This document shows, piece after piece, positions 12,002 to 21,536 of a stretch of DNA of 62,742 nt. Below the pieces are notes generated by a model, which did no database searches, was not told the origin of the DNA, and worked only from the letters and a program-made list of their open reading frames with translations. The stretch covers positions 1-62,742 of the forward strand of contig CAZRMO010000004.1 of the NCBI GenBank assembly GCA_964601155.1. The letters run 5' to 3'. Numbering within the stretch: position 1 is the stretch's first letter; every line of letters starts with the position of its first letter. This DNA is from an uncultured Enterobacteriaceae bacterium. Lineage in GTDB: Bacteria > Pseudomonadota > Gammaproteobacteria > Burkholderiales > SG8-39. Position numbers and translations under genes: made by a program.

Positions 12002-12583
12002 ATGGGTCATCGTCTCAGCAAAATCTACACGCGAACCGGCGACACCGGCGACACCGGCCTAGGCGACGGCTCGCGCGTGCCCAAGGATAGCCCGCGCGTG
12101 CATGCGCTGGGCGAAATCGATGAATTGAATTCAGCGATCGGCCTGCTGCTTGCGGAAGGACTCCCCGACGACATTCGCTCGGCGCTCGCCGCCATTCAGC
12201 ACGACCTGTTCGACCTGGGAGGTGAGGTCTGCATTCCCGGGAATGCCGGCATGAGCGAAAGCCGAGTTGCTCGCCTGGAAACGCTGCTGGACGAGTTCAA
12301 CCGGAGCCTGCCGCCGCTGAAGGAATTCATTTTGCCGGGAGGAACACGCGCGGCGAGCCTGGCGCACCTCGCACGCACGGTGTGCCGCCGCGCCGAGCGC
12401 ACCCTGATTTCGCTCGCGCGCGCCGAACCGGTCGGAACCGCGGCCCGAAAATATCTGAATCGTCTGTCCGACCTGCTGTTCGTTTTGGGCCGGACGCTGA
12501 ACCGCGCTGGCGGCGGCAACGATGTATTGTGGCAACCAGCAGGGAAATCGACGGAAAAATCGAAGCGCGAGCGAAAAAAATGA
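12002..12583 (+). CDS. ATP:cob(I)alamin adenosyltransferase (PduO/MMAB type)
   Basis: KIYTRTGDTGDTGL, LGEIDELNS, QHDLFDLG, EFILPGG, RTVCRRAER, YLNRLSDLLF. Confidence 0.92.
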   Translation: MGHRLSKIYTRTGDTGDTGLGDGSRVPKDSPRVHALGEIDELNSAIGLLLAEGLPDDIRSALAAIQHDLFDLGGEVCIPGNAGMSESRVARLETLLDEFNRSLPPLKEFILPGGTRAASLAHLARTVCRRAERTLISLARAEPVGTAARKYLNRLSDLLFVLGRTLNRAGGGNDVLWQPAGKSTEKSKRERKK

Positions 12584-12636
12584 CGGCGACGAAGGCCGCC
12601 TAGAATCATAGGACGATATGCCGGCAGCTGCCCGCC

Positions 12637-13236
12637 CTAACTGCCCTCCACGTCCATCAGACTTACCAGCTTGATGCTGGTCTGGCGCAAGCGCTGTGAC
12701 AGCATCAACACCAGTTCCATCAGGATTTTTGCGCCAAGAATCGGGTGTTCCAGAATAATGCGCGCCAGATTCTCGCGCGACAGAACCGCAAACACGCAAG
12801 GCTCCGCGGCGACACAAGTCGCGAAGCGCGGTTCGCCGTCTATCATGGACATCTCGCCCAGCGTCTTGCCGGCAGTGACCGCGGCGATGAGCTTGGGCAT
12901 GTTCCAGCGATCTTGTTTGAATACTTCCACGCTGCCCTCGATCATCAGCAGCATGAAATCACCTTGTTCTCCTTCGTGGATGATCTCCTGGCCCGGCTCG
13001 CCGTGGTAGACATGCATGAAGTGGCTCATCAGCCGGATTTCCGCCATGTTGAAATTTTCGAACAGCGGCGAATAGCTGATCATGCGATGCATTTTCACGG
13101 CAAACTGGGTCGCATCGCCGAGATATTCCAGGTGCGCCAGGTGATCGTCTCTGCCGTCTTCAGCCATAAGTTGCCAATCCGATACAGACGCATCGGGTGG
13201 GGCCGGGAAGGACCCGCCTGCGAGCATAGCGTCCAC
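12637..13236 (-). CDS. Stand-alone cyclic nucleotide-binding domain protein
   Basis: IIHEGEQGDFM and LGEMSMIDGEPRFATC (phosphate-binding cassette). The protein ends after the C-helix with no Crp HTH. Confidence 0.8.
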   Translation of the reverse strand: MDAMLAGGSFPAPPDASVSDWQLMAEDGRDDHLAHLEYLGDATQFAVKMHRMISYSPLFENFNMAEIRLMSHFMHVYHGEPGQEIIHEGEQGDFMLLMIEGSVEVFKQDRWNMPKLIAAVTAGKTLGEMSMIDGEPRFATCVAAEPCVFAVLSRENLARIILEHPILGAKILMELVLMLSQRLRQTSIKLVSLMDVEGS

Positions 13237-13376
13237 CGATTATGCCGAAACCGAGGGCTAAGCTCAAATCAAGTTTCCAAGCCTCCTCAAGCCGGATCAG
13301 CCGGGATGCGACGCGAAGCCGTGCGGCGTCTGCGCTTTGCGCGCAGGTTCGGGCAAATGCAAGGAAACGCTAGCAG

Positions 13377-13455
13377 GCTGTTGAAAAACGCTACCCGCAC
13401 GGCAAAAAAGGAGCGTCATCCTCCCGCTCTCAGAAGGGGAGCGCTTTTCAATAGC
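13377..13455. mobile_element. Possible MITE or IS-end remnant with 16-bp imperfect terminal inverted repeats
   Basis: gctgttgaaaaacgct (13377-13392) versus the reverse complement of agcgcttttcaatagc (13440-13455) matches at 14/16. CTAG lies at 13370-13373. No transposase. Confidence 0.35.
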
Positions 13456-13470
13456 GCTGATTTGGGGAAT

Positions 13471-13500
13471 ATACGCCCCGTAGGAAGTCCCCTTTGGGGA
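13471..13500 (+). repeat. 30-nt dispersed intergenic repeat, copy 1
   Basis: atacgccccgtaggaagtcccctttgggga is 28/30 identical to the reverse complement of 52298-52327. Confidence 0.75.
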
Positions 13501-13519
13501 AAAGGCGGCTAGGATGGGA

Positions 13520-13543
13520 AAGGAAGGGGCCCGTCCCTTCCTT
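13520..13543. terminator. Hairpin downstream of aroG (possible terminator)
   Basis: aaggaaggg-gcccgt-cccttcctt forms a 9-bp stem about 20 nt after the aroG stop. The U-tract is poor. Confidence 0.35.
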
Positions 13544-13563
13544 AGCCCCCTTTTGACAATCAG

Positions 13564-14634
13564 CTAGCCTTCGGCCTGGTGCACCAGGCGACGCTTGCGC
13601 ACCGCCTCGGCCAAGCGCTCGAGCATTTTTACACTCTCATTCCAGCCGATGCAGGCATCGGTGATGGATACGCCGTAAGCGAGCGGCTTGCCCGGCACCA
13701 GGTCCTGGCGCCCGGGCTGCAGATGCGATTCCGCCATCACGCCGATAATGCGGTCGTCGCCCGCGCCGATCTGACCGGCGACGTCCGCGCAAACCTCCAT
13801 CTGGCGCTGAAAGTCCTTGGAGCTGTTGGCATGGGAAAAATCGATCATCAGGCGTTGTTCCAGTCCGGCCGCCGCGAGCTGCTTCGCCGCCGCGCCCACG
13901 CTAGCCGCTTCGTAATTCGGCTTGGGTCCGCCGCGCAGGATCACGTGGCAATCTTCGTTGCCCCTGGTGGAGACGATGGCCGAATGCCCGCCTTTGGTGA
14001 CCGAAAGAAAATGGTGCGGCTGGCGCGAAGTCTTGATCGCATCCACGGCAATGCGGATATTGCCATCGGTGCCATTCTTGAAGCCGACCGGACAGGACAG
14101 CCCCGAGGCGAGTTCGCGGTGAACCTGGGATTCGGTGGTGCGTGCACCTATGGCGCCCCAGCTCACCAAGTCGGCAATGTACTGCGGCGTGATCATGTCC
14201 AGGTACTCGACGCCGGCAGGCACGCCCAGCTCGTTGATATCAAGCAGCACGCTGCGCGCCAGGCGCAGGCCCTCGTTGATGCGGAACGTACCGTCCAGGT
14301 ACGGGTCGTTGACGAGGCCTTTCCAACCCACGGTGGTGCGCGGCTTCTCGAAGTAGACGCGCATCACTATGAGCAGGTCGGCCGCGTGCCTGACCTTCTC
14401 CTGCGCCAGTCGCCGTGCGTACTCCAGCGCTGATTTCGGGTCGTGGATAGAGCACGGGCCGATGATCACCAGCAGCCGGTCGTCTGCCGCGTGCAAGATG
14501 CCGTGTATGCCCTGGCGCGCCTCGTAGGTGACGCGCTCTGCCGCCTCCGACACGGGAAACTCGCGGATCGCGTGCGAGGGCGGCGCGAGCTCTTTGATTT
14601 CGCGGATACGAACGTCGTCAACCCTGTGGGTCAT
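13564..14634 (-). CDS. aroG: Class I-alpha DAHP synthase (3-deoxy-7-phosphoheptulonate synthase)
   Basis: IGPCSIHD, RVYFEKPRTTVGWKGL, GAIGARTTESQVHRELASG, GFKNGTDG, DFSHANS, SITDACI. ATG at 14634 follows an AAGGAG Shine-Dalgarno. Which isoenzyme (aroG/F/H) cannot be determined from sequence. Confidence 0.93.
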   Translation of the reverse strand: MTHRVDDVRIREIKELAPPSHAIREFPVSEAAERVTYEARQGIHGILHAADDRLLVIIGPCSIHDPKSALEYARRLAQEKVRHAADLLIVMRVYFEKPRTTVGWKGLVNDPYLDGTFRINEGLRLARSVLLDINELGVPAGVEYLDMITPQYIADLVSWGAIGARTTESQVHRELASGLSCPVGFKNGTDGNIRIAVDAIKTSRQPHHFLSVTKGGHSAIVSTRGNEDCHVILRGGPKPNYEAASVGAAAKQLAAAGLEQRLMIDFSHANSSKDFQRQMEVCADVAGQIGAGDDRIIGVMAESHLQPGRQDLVPGKPLAYGVSITDACIGWNESVKMLERLAEAVRKRRLVHQAEG

Positions 14635-14742
14635 GATTTCTCCTTGATACCGGTAAGCCCGCAGGCGGTCGGTCGCGTCTGCTTGCGTCGGCGGAATAGT
14701 TGCTGGTGCAATAGCGGTCATGGTCGTAGCTTGGTCTCGGGT

Positions 14743-14780
14743 AAAAAAAAACCGCCAGGCTGTAGGCGCTGGCGGTTTTT
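14743..14780 (-). terminator. Intrinsic terminator of the aroG attenuator
   Basis: mRNA AAAAA-CCGCCAG-(10-nt loop)-CUGGCGG-UUUUUUUUU (nine U), between the leader ORF and aroG. Confidence 0.9.
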
Positions 14781-14799
14781 CGGGATACTTGGGTGCGAC

Positions 14800-14871
14800 T
14801 TAGCTCAAATCCTCCGCCAGCGGCTGGGGAAAGCCATAAAAGTAAAACCAAAAGGCGTAGGCGCTGTTCAT
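14800..14871 (-). CDS. Aromatic-amino-acid leader peptide MNSAYAFWFYFYGFPQPLAEDLS (attenuator leader)
   Basis: Hand translation: ATG AAC AGC GCC TAC GCC TTT TGG TTT TAC TTT TAT GGC TTT ... AGC TAA. 8 of 23 codons are Phe/Tyr/Trp, all in codons 5-14. Too short for the supplied ORF track. Confidence 0.85.
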   Translation of the reverse strand: MNSAYAFWFYFYGFPQPLAEDLS

Positions 14872-15012
14872 TTCAGAGGTATTCCAGTAGCGATTCAATC
14901 ACGAATCCAACTCGTTTGGCAAGTAGGGCATACCCGAGTCGCTTCGCATAGGCCCGCAACTGGACGGGATTCACTTCCACACCACGACTGCCCAGCGGTC
15001 AGTCGCAGGTGT

Positions 15013-15330
15013 TCAAAGGCTTTCGATCTTTCCTTCCTCGTTGTTCACCAATACCGGCGTATCGACGTAGACGACATCGGGATCGCTTCCGTACTTGCCT
15101 TTGACGAAAGTTTTCCATTCCGGCGTATACATACGCTCGGCAGCCTGCCGCGACTCCCACAGGTAGATTCCACCGGCGCGCAGGCCATCCTCGCTGAGGA
15201 AATAGTTCTTGCGCAGCAGCCCCGGCAGCTTCAGGTACTTGGGCGCGGTGGTCTGGAACGTCGCGGTCGCCTGCTCCAGCGTCTGTTTCTGCGGCAGCCT
15301 GAAACTGACAATTGCAATGACTTTGCTCAT
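15013..15330 (-). CDS. YdhR-like putative monooxygenase (dimeric alpha/beta barrel)
   Basis: PGLLRKNYF, AGGIYLWES..AA pattern, 105 aa. Confidence 0.65.
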   Translation of the reverse strand: MSKVIAIVSFRLPQKQTLEQATATFQTTAPKYLKLPGLLRKNYFLSEDGLRAGGIYLWESRQAAERMYTPEWKTFVKGKYGSDPDVVYVDTPVLVNNEEGKIESL

Positions 15331-15396
15331 CCTGCCTCCTTGGAATCCCTAACGAACGAGAGGATAGCTCCCCAGGTCGATATTTGCGGCGGAGTC

Positions 15397-18009
15397 TTAG
15401 CTTGAAAGTCTTTGCCGGACCCATGCCTGCACCGAGGCCAGGGCGGCCGGCAGCTTGGCTGGCTCGCTGCCGCCCGCTTGTGCCATGTCGGCGCGTCCAC
15501 CGCCCTTGCCGCCGACCTGCTGCGCGACAAAATTGACCAGTTCTCCCGCTCTTAGCTTTGACGTGAGATCGGGTGTGACCCCCGCGATCAGGCTTGCCTT
15601 GCCGCCCTCGGCCGAGGCAAGCACGATGACGGCGGACTTGAGCTTGTCCTTCAGCTTGTCCATGGTCTCGCGCAGGGTCTTGGCATCGGCACCGTCCAGC
15701 GGCACGGCGAGCACCTTTACGCCGCTTACCTCGAGCGCCTGCGCTGCCAGATCGTCACCCTGCGCCGACGCCACTTTCGATTTCAGGCGCGCGAGCTCCT
15801 TCTCCAGCGCCCTTGCGCCTTCGATGATCTGGGCGATCTTCTGGCTCAGCTCCTGCGGCTGTGCCTTGAGCACGCCCGCAGCCTCGGCCAGGCGCGCCTC
15901 CTGCTCCTGCACCCACGCCAATGCCCCGTCTGCCGTGACCGCCTCGACCCGGCGTATGCCCGCAGCCACGCCCGACTCCGACACGATCTTGAAAAAGCCG
16001 ATGTCGCCGGTGCGGCGCACATGGGTCCCGCCGCACAACTCGGTGGAAAACTCGCCCATGCCGATCACGCGCACTTCGTCGCCGTATTTCTCGCCGAACA
16101 GCGCCATCGCGCCCGCCTTGATCGCATCGTCGTATTTCATCACCCTCACTGAGATCTCCGTATTGTGGCGGATCTCCCGGTTGACCAGATCCTCGACCTG
16201 GCGCAGCTGCGCGTCGCTTATCGGCTCGTTGTGCGAGAAATCGAAGCGCGTGCGCTGGGCATCTACGAGCGAGCCCTTCTGCTGCACGTGCGCGCCGAGC
16301 ACCCTGCGCAGCGCTGCGTGCATCAGGTGGGTGGCCGAATGGTTCCATGCGGCGCTCGCGCGCGCCGCGCAGTCCACCGCGGCCATCACGCGCTCGCCCA
16401 CACGCAGCCGCCCGGCTTTGAGCTCGCCTTTGTGACCGAACACCTCTGCCTGGATTTTTTGCGTATCTTCGACGGTGAAACTGCCATTTGCGCCGGCGAG
16501 CTCCCCGCGGTCGCCCACTTGGCCACCTGACTCGGCGTAGAAAGGCGTGCGGTCGAGCACGACCACTGCGGATTCGCCGGCGCCGATCTCCTCGACCGAC
16601 GCGCCTTCGCGGTACAGCGCCGCCACCGTCGCTTCGAGCGTGAGCGTGTCGTATCCGTGGAACTCGGTCGGCCGACCCGAGTACTCCACGCCCGCGGTCA
16701 CGGTGAACCTGGAAGCGGCGCGGGCGCGCTCGCGCTGGCGCTGCATCGCCGCCTCGAAGCCGGCATAGTCGACCCGCACGTCGCGCTCGCGCGCGATGTC
16801 CGCGGTCAGATCGACCGGAAAGCCGAATGTGTCGTAGAGCTGGAACACGGTCTCGCCGTCGAGCATCTTGTCCTCGCGCGTGAGCGCGCCTTCGAGGACT
16901 TTCATGCCGTGTTCGAGGGTCTCGGCGAAGCGCTCTTCTTCCGTCTTGAGCACGCGCGCCACGCGATCCTTCGCCTTCACTAGCTCGGGATAGGCTTCGC
17001 CCATGACGCGCGCCAGTTCCTCGACCAGGCGGAAAAAGAACGGCTCGGTCTGCCCGAGCTTGTAGCCATGGCGGATGGCGCGGCGGATGATGCGCCGAAG
17101 CACATAGCCGCGGCCCTCGTTGCCCGGAATCACGCCATCGACAATCAGAAATGAAGTTGCGCGGATGTGATCAGCGATAACCTTGAGCGAGTTACTCGCC
17201 AGGTCCTTGACGTGGGTCTCGCGCGCGGCGGCTTTGATCAACTCCTGGAACAGGTCGATGTCGTAGTTGGAATGCACCCCCTGCAGCACGGCGGCGATGC
17301 GCTCCAGCCCCATGCCGGTATCCACCGAGGGTTTGGGCAGGGGATGCAGCTTGCCCGCGTCGTCGCGGTTGTACTGCATGAACACCAGGTTCCAGATTTC
17401 GATATAGCGGTCGCCGTCCGCGTCGGGTGAGCCGGGTGGACCGCCCGCGATCCCGGGACCGTGATCGTAGAAGATCTCGCTGCACGGTCCGCACGGACCG
17501 GTTTCGCCCATTTGCCAGAAGTTGTCCGAACCGCCGCCGGGCTTGTCGCCGATGCGCGCGATGCGCGCTTTTGGCACCTTGATCTCGCCAGCCCAAATGT
17601 CATAGGCCTCGTCGTCGGTCTGGTAGACCGTCACCCACAACTTGTCCTTGGGCAGCCGGTACACATCGGTGAGCAGGTCCCAGGCATAGTGGATGGCGTC
17701 ACGCTTGAAATAGTCGCCGAATGAAAAATTACCCAGCATCTCGAAGAAAGTGTGGTGGCGCGCGGTATAGCCGACATTCTCCAGATCGTTATGCTTGCCA
17801 CCGGCGCGCACGCTGCGCTGCGAAGTGGCTGCGCGCTTGTAGGGGCGCTGTTCCTTGCCGAGAAACACGTCCTTGAACTGCACCATGCCCGAGTTGGTGA
17901 ACAGCAGAGTCGGATCGTTGCCCGGCACCAGCGGGCTGGAGGCAACCACGGCATGCCCGCGCTGGGCGAAAAATTCCAGGAACTTGCTGCGTATCTCTGC
18001 TGACTTCAT
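15397..18009 (-). CDS. alaS: Alanine--tRNA ligase
   Basis: [70 protein letters not shown]. Confidence 0.98.
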   Translation of the reverse strand: MKSAEIRSKFLEFFAQRGHAVVASSPLVPGNDPTLLFTNSGMVQFKDVFLGKEQRPYKRAATSQRSVRAGGKHNDLENVGYTARHHTFFEMLGNFSFGDYFKRDAIHYAWDLLTDVYRLPKDKLWVTVYQTDDEAYDIWAGEIKVPKARIARIGDKPGGGSDNFWQMGETGPCGPCSEIFYDHGPGIAGGPPGSPDADGDRYIEIWNLVFMQYNRDDAGKLHPLPKPSVDTGMGLERIAAVLQGVHSNYDIDLFQELIKAAARETHVKDLASNSLKVIADHIRATSFLIVDGVIPGNEGRGYVLRRIIRRAIRHGYKLGQTEPFFFRLVEELARVMGEAYPELVKAKDRVARVLKTEEERFAETLEHGMKVLEGALTREDKMLDGETVFQLYDTFGFPVDLTADIARERDVRVDYAGFEAAMQRQRERARAASRFTVTAGVEYSGRPTEFHGYDTLTLEATVAALYREGASVEEIGAGESAVVVLDRTPFYAESGGQVGDRGELAGANGSFTVEDTQKIQAEVFGHKGELKAGRLRVGERVMAAVDCAARASAAWNHSATHLMHAALRRVLGAHVQQKGSLVDAQRTRFDFSHNEPISDAQLRQVEDLVNREIRHNTEISVRVMKYDDAIKAGAMALFGEKYGDEVRVIGMGEFSTELCGGTHVRRTGDIGFFKIVSESGVAAGIRRVEAVTADGALAWVQEQEARLAEAAGVLKAQPQELSQKIAQIIEGARALEKELARLKSKVASAQGDDLAAQALEVSGVKVLAVPLDGADAKTLRETMDKLKDKLKSAVIVLASAEGGKASLIAGVTPDLTSKLRAGELVNFVAQQVGGKGGGRADMAQAGGSEPAKLPAALASVQAWVRQRLSS

Positions 18010-18175
18010 AGTTTCGCTTCGGGCCGGGCGCAAGGCACCCGCAGTTCCAGCTGTCCTCGGGTAAAAGATTGAATTTTCGCCTGAATCGGGCGCGCATGCA
18101 AATCCGCGCTCGCACCGTGCCAAGCATCCCCTGGGGCGGACCGCGCGCGGCGCACGCATCTGCCCGCAGGCCTGT

Positions 18176-19213
18176 TCAGTTCAGGCTCACCCCGAGCAGA
18201 TTGCCTATGGCGTAGGTCAAAGCGCCCGCGGCGGCGCCTATAAAGAGCATGCGCAGGCCGTCGCGCAGTGCCCCGCGGCCGGTAAACAGGCTGATGGCGG
18301 CGCCGACTGCGAACAGAGCCAGTGCCGTCGCTGCGACGGAGAGCGGAAGCGCCCGGTTTCCGGCGAGCCCGAGGAACGGCAGTAGGGGCACCAGCGCGCC
18401 TGCGGCGAACGAAAGAAAAGAGAACATCGCGACGCCCCAGGGCGAACCGAGATCATCCGGATTCAGCCCGAGTTCCTCGCGCGCGAGCGTATCGAGGGCT
18501 TGCGCGGGATCGGCGATGATCGCCTTGGCCAGCCTCAATGCGTCTTCCCGCGCAAGGCCACGCGCGGCGTAAATCAGCGCCAACTCCTCGGCCTCTTCAT
18601 CGGGATACTGCGCGAGTTCGTCGCGCTCAAGGCCGATCTGATGCTCGAACATTTCGCGCTGTGAACGCACCGACACGTACTCGCCCGCCGCCATCGAAAA
18701 TGCGCCGGCCAGCAGTCCGGCAACGCCCGAGAGCAAGATGATCGAGTTGTTTGCCGAAGCCCCGGCCACGCCCAGGATCAGACTCGCGTTTGAAACCAGG
18801 CCATCGTTGACGCCGAACACGGCGGCGCGCAGATTGCCGCCCCCACTGACGCCGTGATGGCGCTTGCCCACGTCCTCGAGCGTGGTCGGCACCGGATGAT
18901 GACCCGGCACGGCATGCGAATACACCGACAGACCGCGCACCTTCATCGCCACCAGCACCGCGCGCAGGGGACGCGGGCCGCAACGGCGCACCAGCGCAGC
19001 GACCGTTCGCGCGCGCAGGTCGGGCACGTATTCGGGCGCAGCGGTTCCGGCCTGACGCGCCCAGATCTGCGCCTGGCTCTCGGCCTCTGCTGCAAGCCCG
19101 CGGAACAGCTCTGCGCGCGGCGTGCCGGCTTCTGCTTCGGCCATTATCCGGTAGAGATAGGCCGAGCGCATTTCCTCACGCCAGCCGTCCATTGCATGTT
19201 CGCCGGCGGACAT
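18176..19213 (-). CDS. VIT1/CCC1 family iron/manganese transporter with N-terminal ferritin-like domain
   Basis: [39 protein letters not shown]-terminal helical segment [20 protein letters not shown] overlaps the recX stop (TGATG); an alternative start lies at 19192. Confidence 0.85.
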   Translation of the reverse strand: MSAGEHAMDGWREEMRSAYLYRIMAEAEAGTPRAELFRGLAAEAESQAQIWARQAGTAAPEYVPDLRARTVAALVRRCGPRPLRAVLVAMKVRGLSVYSHAVPGHHPVPTTLEDVGKRHHGVSGGGNLRAAVFGVNDGLVSNASLILGVAGASANNSIILLSGVAGLLAGAFSMAAGEYVSVRSQREMFEHQIGLERDELAQYPDEEAEELALIYAARGLAREDALRLAKAIIADPAQALDTLAREELGLNPDDLGSPWGVAMFSFLSFAAGALVPLLPFLGLAGNRALPLSVAATALALFAVGAAISLFTGRGALRDGLRMLFIGAAAGALTYAIGNLLGVSLN

Positions 19214-19662
19214 CAGTCGGCGTCTCCGGATTTGAGTACCTGGCGTACCGTTTCTGCGGAAAATCCGCGCCCGGCGAGAAAGCGCATCTGCCGGCCACGC
19301 TCTGCGGCGCTTTGCGGCAACGCGCCGAATTTTCTTTGCCAGGCGCTGCGGCAGTTCTCCAGTTCCTGCGCGCGCGCCTGCTCCACGGTGCGCTCGACGA
19401 CTTCAGCCGATACACCGCGACTCCTTAGGTCGTGCTCAATTTTAAGGCTGCCGAATTTGCGCGCCAGCGCGTTGGCGCGGGACTCGGCGAAACGCGTCTC
19501 CGACAGCCAGCCGCGCGCCACCAGCGCGTCCAGCAACTGTTCGACCTGCCCGGGATCTTCGCAGTGGGGGGAGAGCTTGTGCCTCATTTCGGCACGAGTA
19601 TGCTCCCGTCGCGCGAGCATGGCCAGCGCCCGCCCGCGCAGCGAGATTTCCCTGCCTGCCAC
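19213..19662 (-). CDS. recX: Recombination regulator RecX
   Basis: ALAMLARREHTRAEMRHKL, GWLSETRFAE, RFLAGRGF. Lies directly downstream of recA. Confidence 0.93.
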   Translation of the reverse strand: MAGREISLRGRALAMLARREHTRAEMRHKLSPHCEDPGQVEQLLDALVARGWLSETRFAESRANALARKFGSLKIEHDLRSRGVSAEVVERTVEQARAQELENCRSAWQRKFGALPQSAAERGRQMRFLAGRGFSAETVRQVLKSGDAD

Positions 19663-19680
19663 GGGAATTGCGCTCCCTGC

Positions 19681-20715
<1,035 letters not shown>

Positions 20716-20779
20716 GAATATCTCCTTCGGTTTCGGTCGCAATGCGTGCATCGACAAACACCGGGTTTCCGGCGCATGA

Positions 20780-20795
20780 CTGTATTTTTATACAG
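20780..20795. promoter_or_regulatory. LexA (SOS) box upstream of recA
   Basis: CTGTATTTTTATACAG matches CTGT-N8-ACAG, about 65 nt upstream of the recA start. Confidence 0.9.
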
Positions 20796-20855
20796 TTTGT
20801 GAAATTATGCAACCCCCAGTGGATACGGCGGGTCGAAATGGGGGAAACGCAGTCG

Positions 20856-21458
20856 CTACAAGGCGCGGCCGGCACGAATCACCCCGACGCCCAAGCCTTC
20901 GATGACGAATTCCTCGCGCCGCGTATCGACAATGATGGGCTCGAATTCCGGGTTCTCGGGCAGGAGTTCGACGATCGCGCCGCGACGGCGCAGCCGTTTC
21001 ACGGTCACTTCGTCGTGTAGCCGCGCGACCACGACTTGCCCGGCGCGGGCCTCGCCGGTCTTGTGCACGGCGAGCAAATCGCCGTCGTGAATGCCGGCAT
21101 CGCGCATGCTCATGCCGCGCACCTTGAGCAGATAGTCGGCACGCGGTTTGAACAGCGCCGGATCGACCTGGTAATGCGCCTGTATGTGCTCCTCGGCCAG
21201 GATGGGCGAACCGGCGGCGACGCGCCCGATGAGCGGAATGCCGCCGCCGTCCTTTAGGCGGATCCCGCGCGCCGAACCCTTTACGATCTCTATCGCGCCC
21301 TTGCGCTCGAGCATGCGCAGGTGTTCCTCGGCGGCATTATGCGAACTGTAGTCCATGGCCTCGGCGATTTCTGCGCGCGTGGGCGGAAGGCCTGTATTTT
21401 CAATGGCCTGGCGTATCAGGGTAAGGATTTCCTGTTGCTTGGAGGTCAGTGCTTCCAC
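20856..21458 (-). CDS. lexA: SOS repressor LexA
   Basis: [16 protein letters not shown] wHTH, VAAG cleavage site, GMSM (Ser) and VTVKR (Lys) catalytic dyad. Confidence 0.96.
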   Translation of the reverse strand: MEALTSKQQEILTLIRQAIENTGLPPTRAEIAEAMDYSSHNAAEEHLRMLERKGAIEIVKGSARGIRLKDGGGIPLIGRVAAGSPILAEEHIQAHYQVDPALFKPRADYLLKVRGMSMRDAGIHDGDLLAVHKTGEARAGQVVVARLHDEVTVKRLRRRGAIVELLPENPEFEPIIVDTRREEFVIEGLGVGVIRAGRAL

Positions 21459-21483
21459 GGCGAACCCTGGCTAGTGACGGTGC

Positions 21484-21499
21484 CTGTATCTTTATACAG
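21484..21499. promoter_or_regulatory. LexA (SOS) box upstream of lexA
   Basis: CTGTATCTTTATACAG matches CTGT-N8-ACAG, about 25 nt upstream of the lexA GTG. Confidence 0.9.
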
Positions 21500-21536
21500 C
21501 TTCCGCCGAAAGTCAAGTGTCGCTGCCCTTTGGCAC

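Larger units (their letters stand above)
14743..14871 (-). promoter_or_regulatory. Ribosome-mediated transcription attenuator (leader, antiterminator, terminator)
   Basis: Leader segment CGCUGGCGG (14814-14822) is perfectly complementary (9 bp) to the terminator 5' arm CCGCCAGCG (14767-14775). Confidence 0.85.

Noticed and set aside
14635-14721. Longer aroG start (MTAIAP...) at 14721
   Set aside because: The ATG at 14634 has a strong AAGGAG SD and matches where DAHP synthase homology begins. A longer form or uORF cannot be fully excluded.
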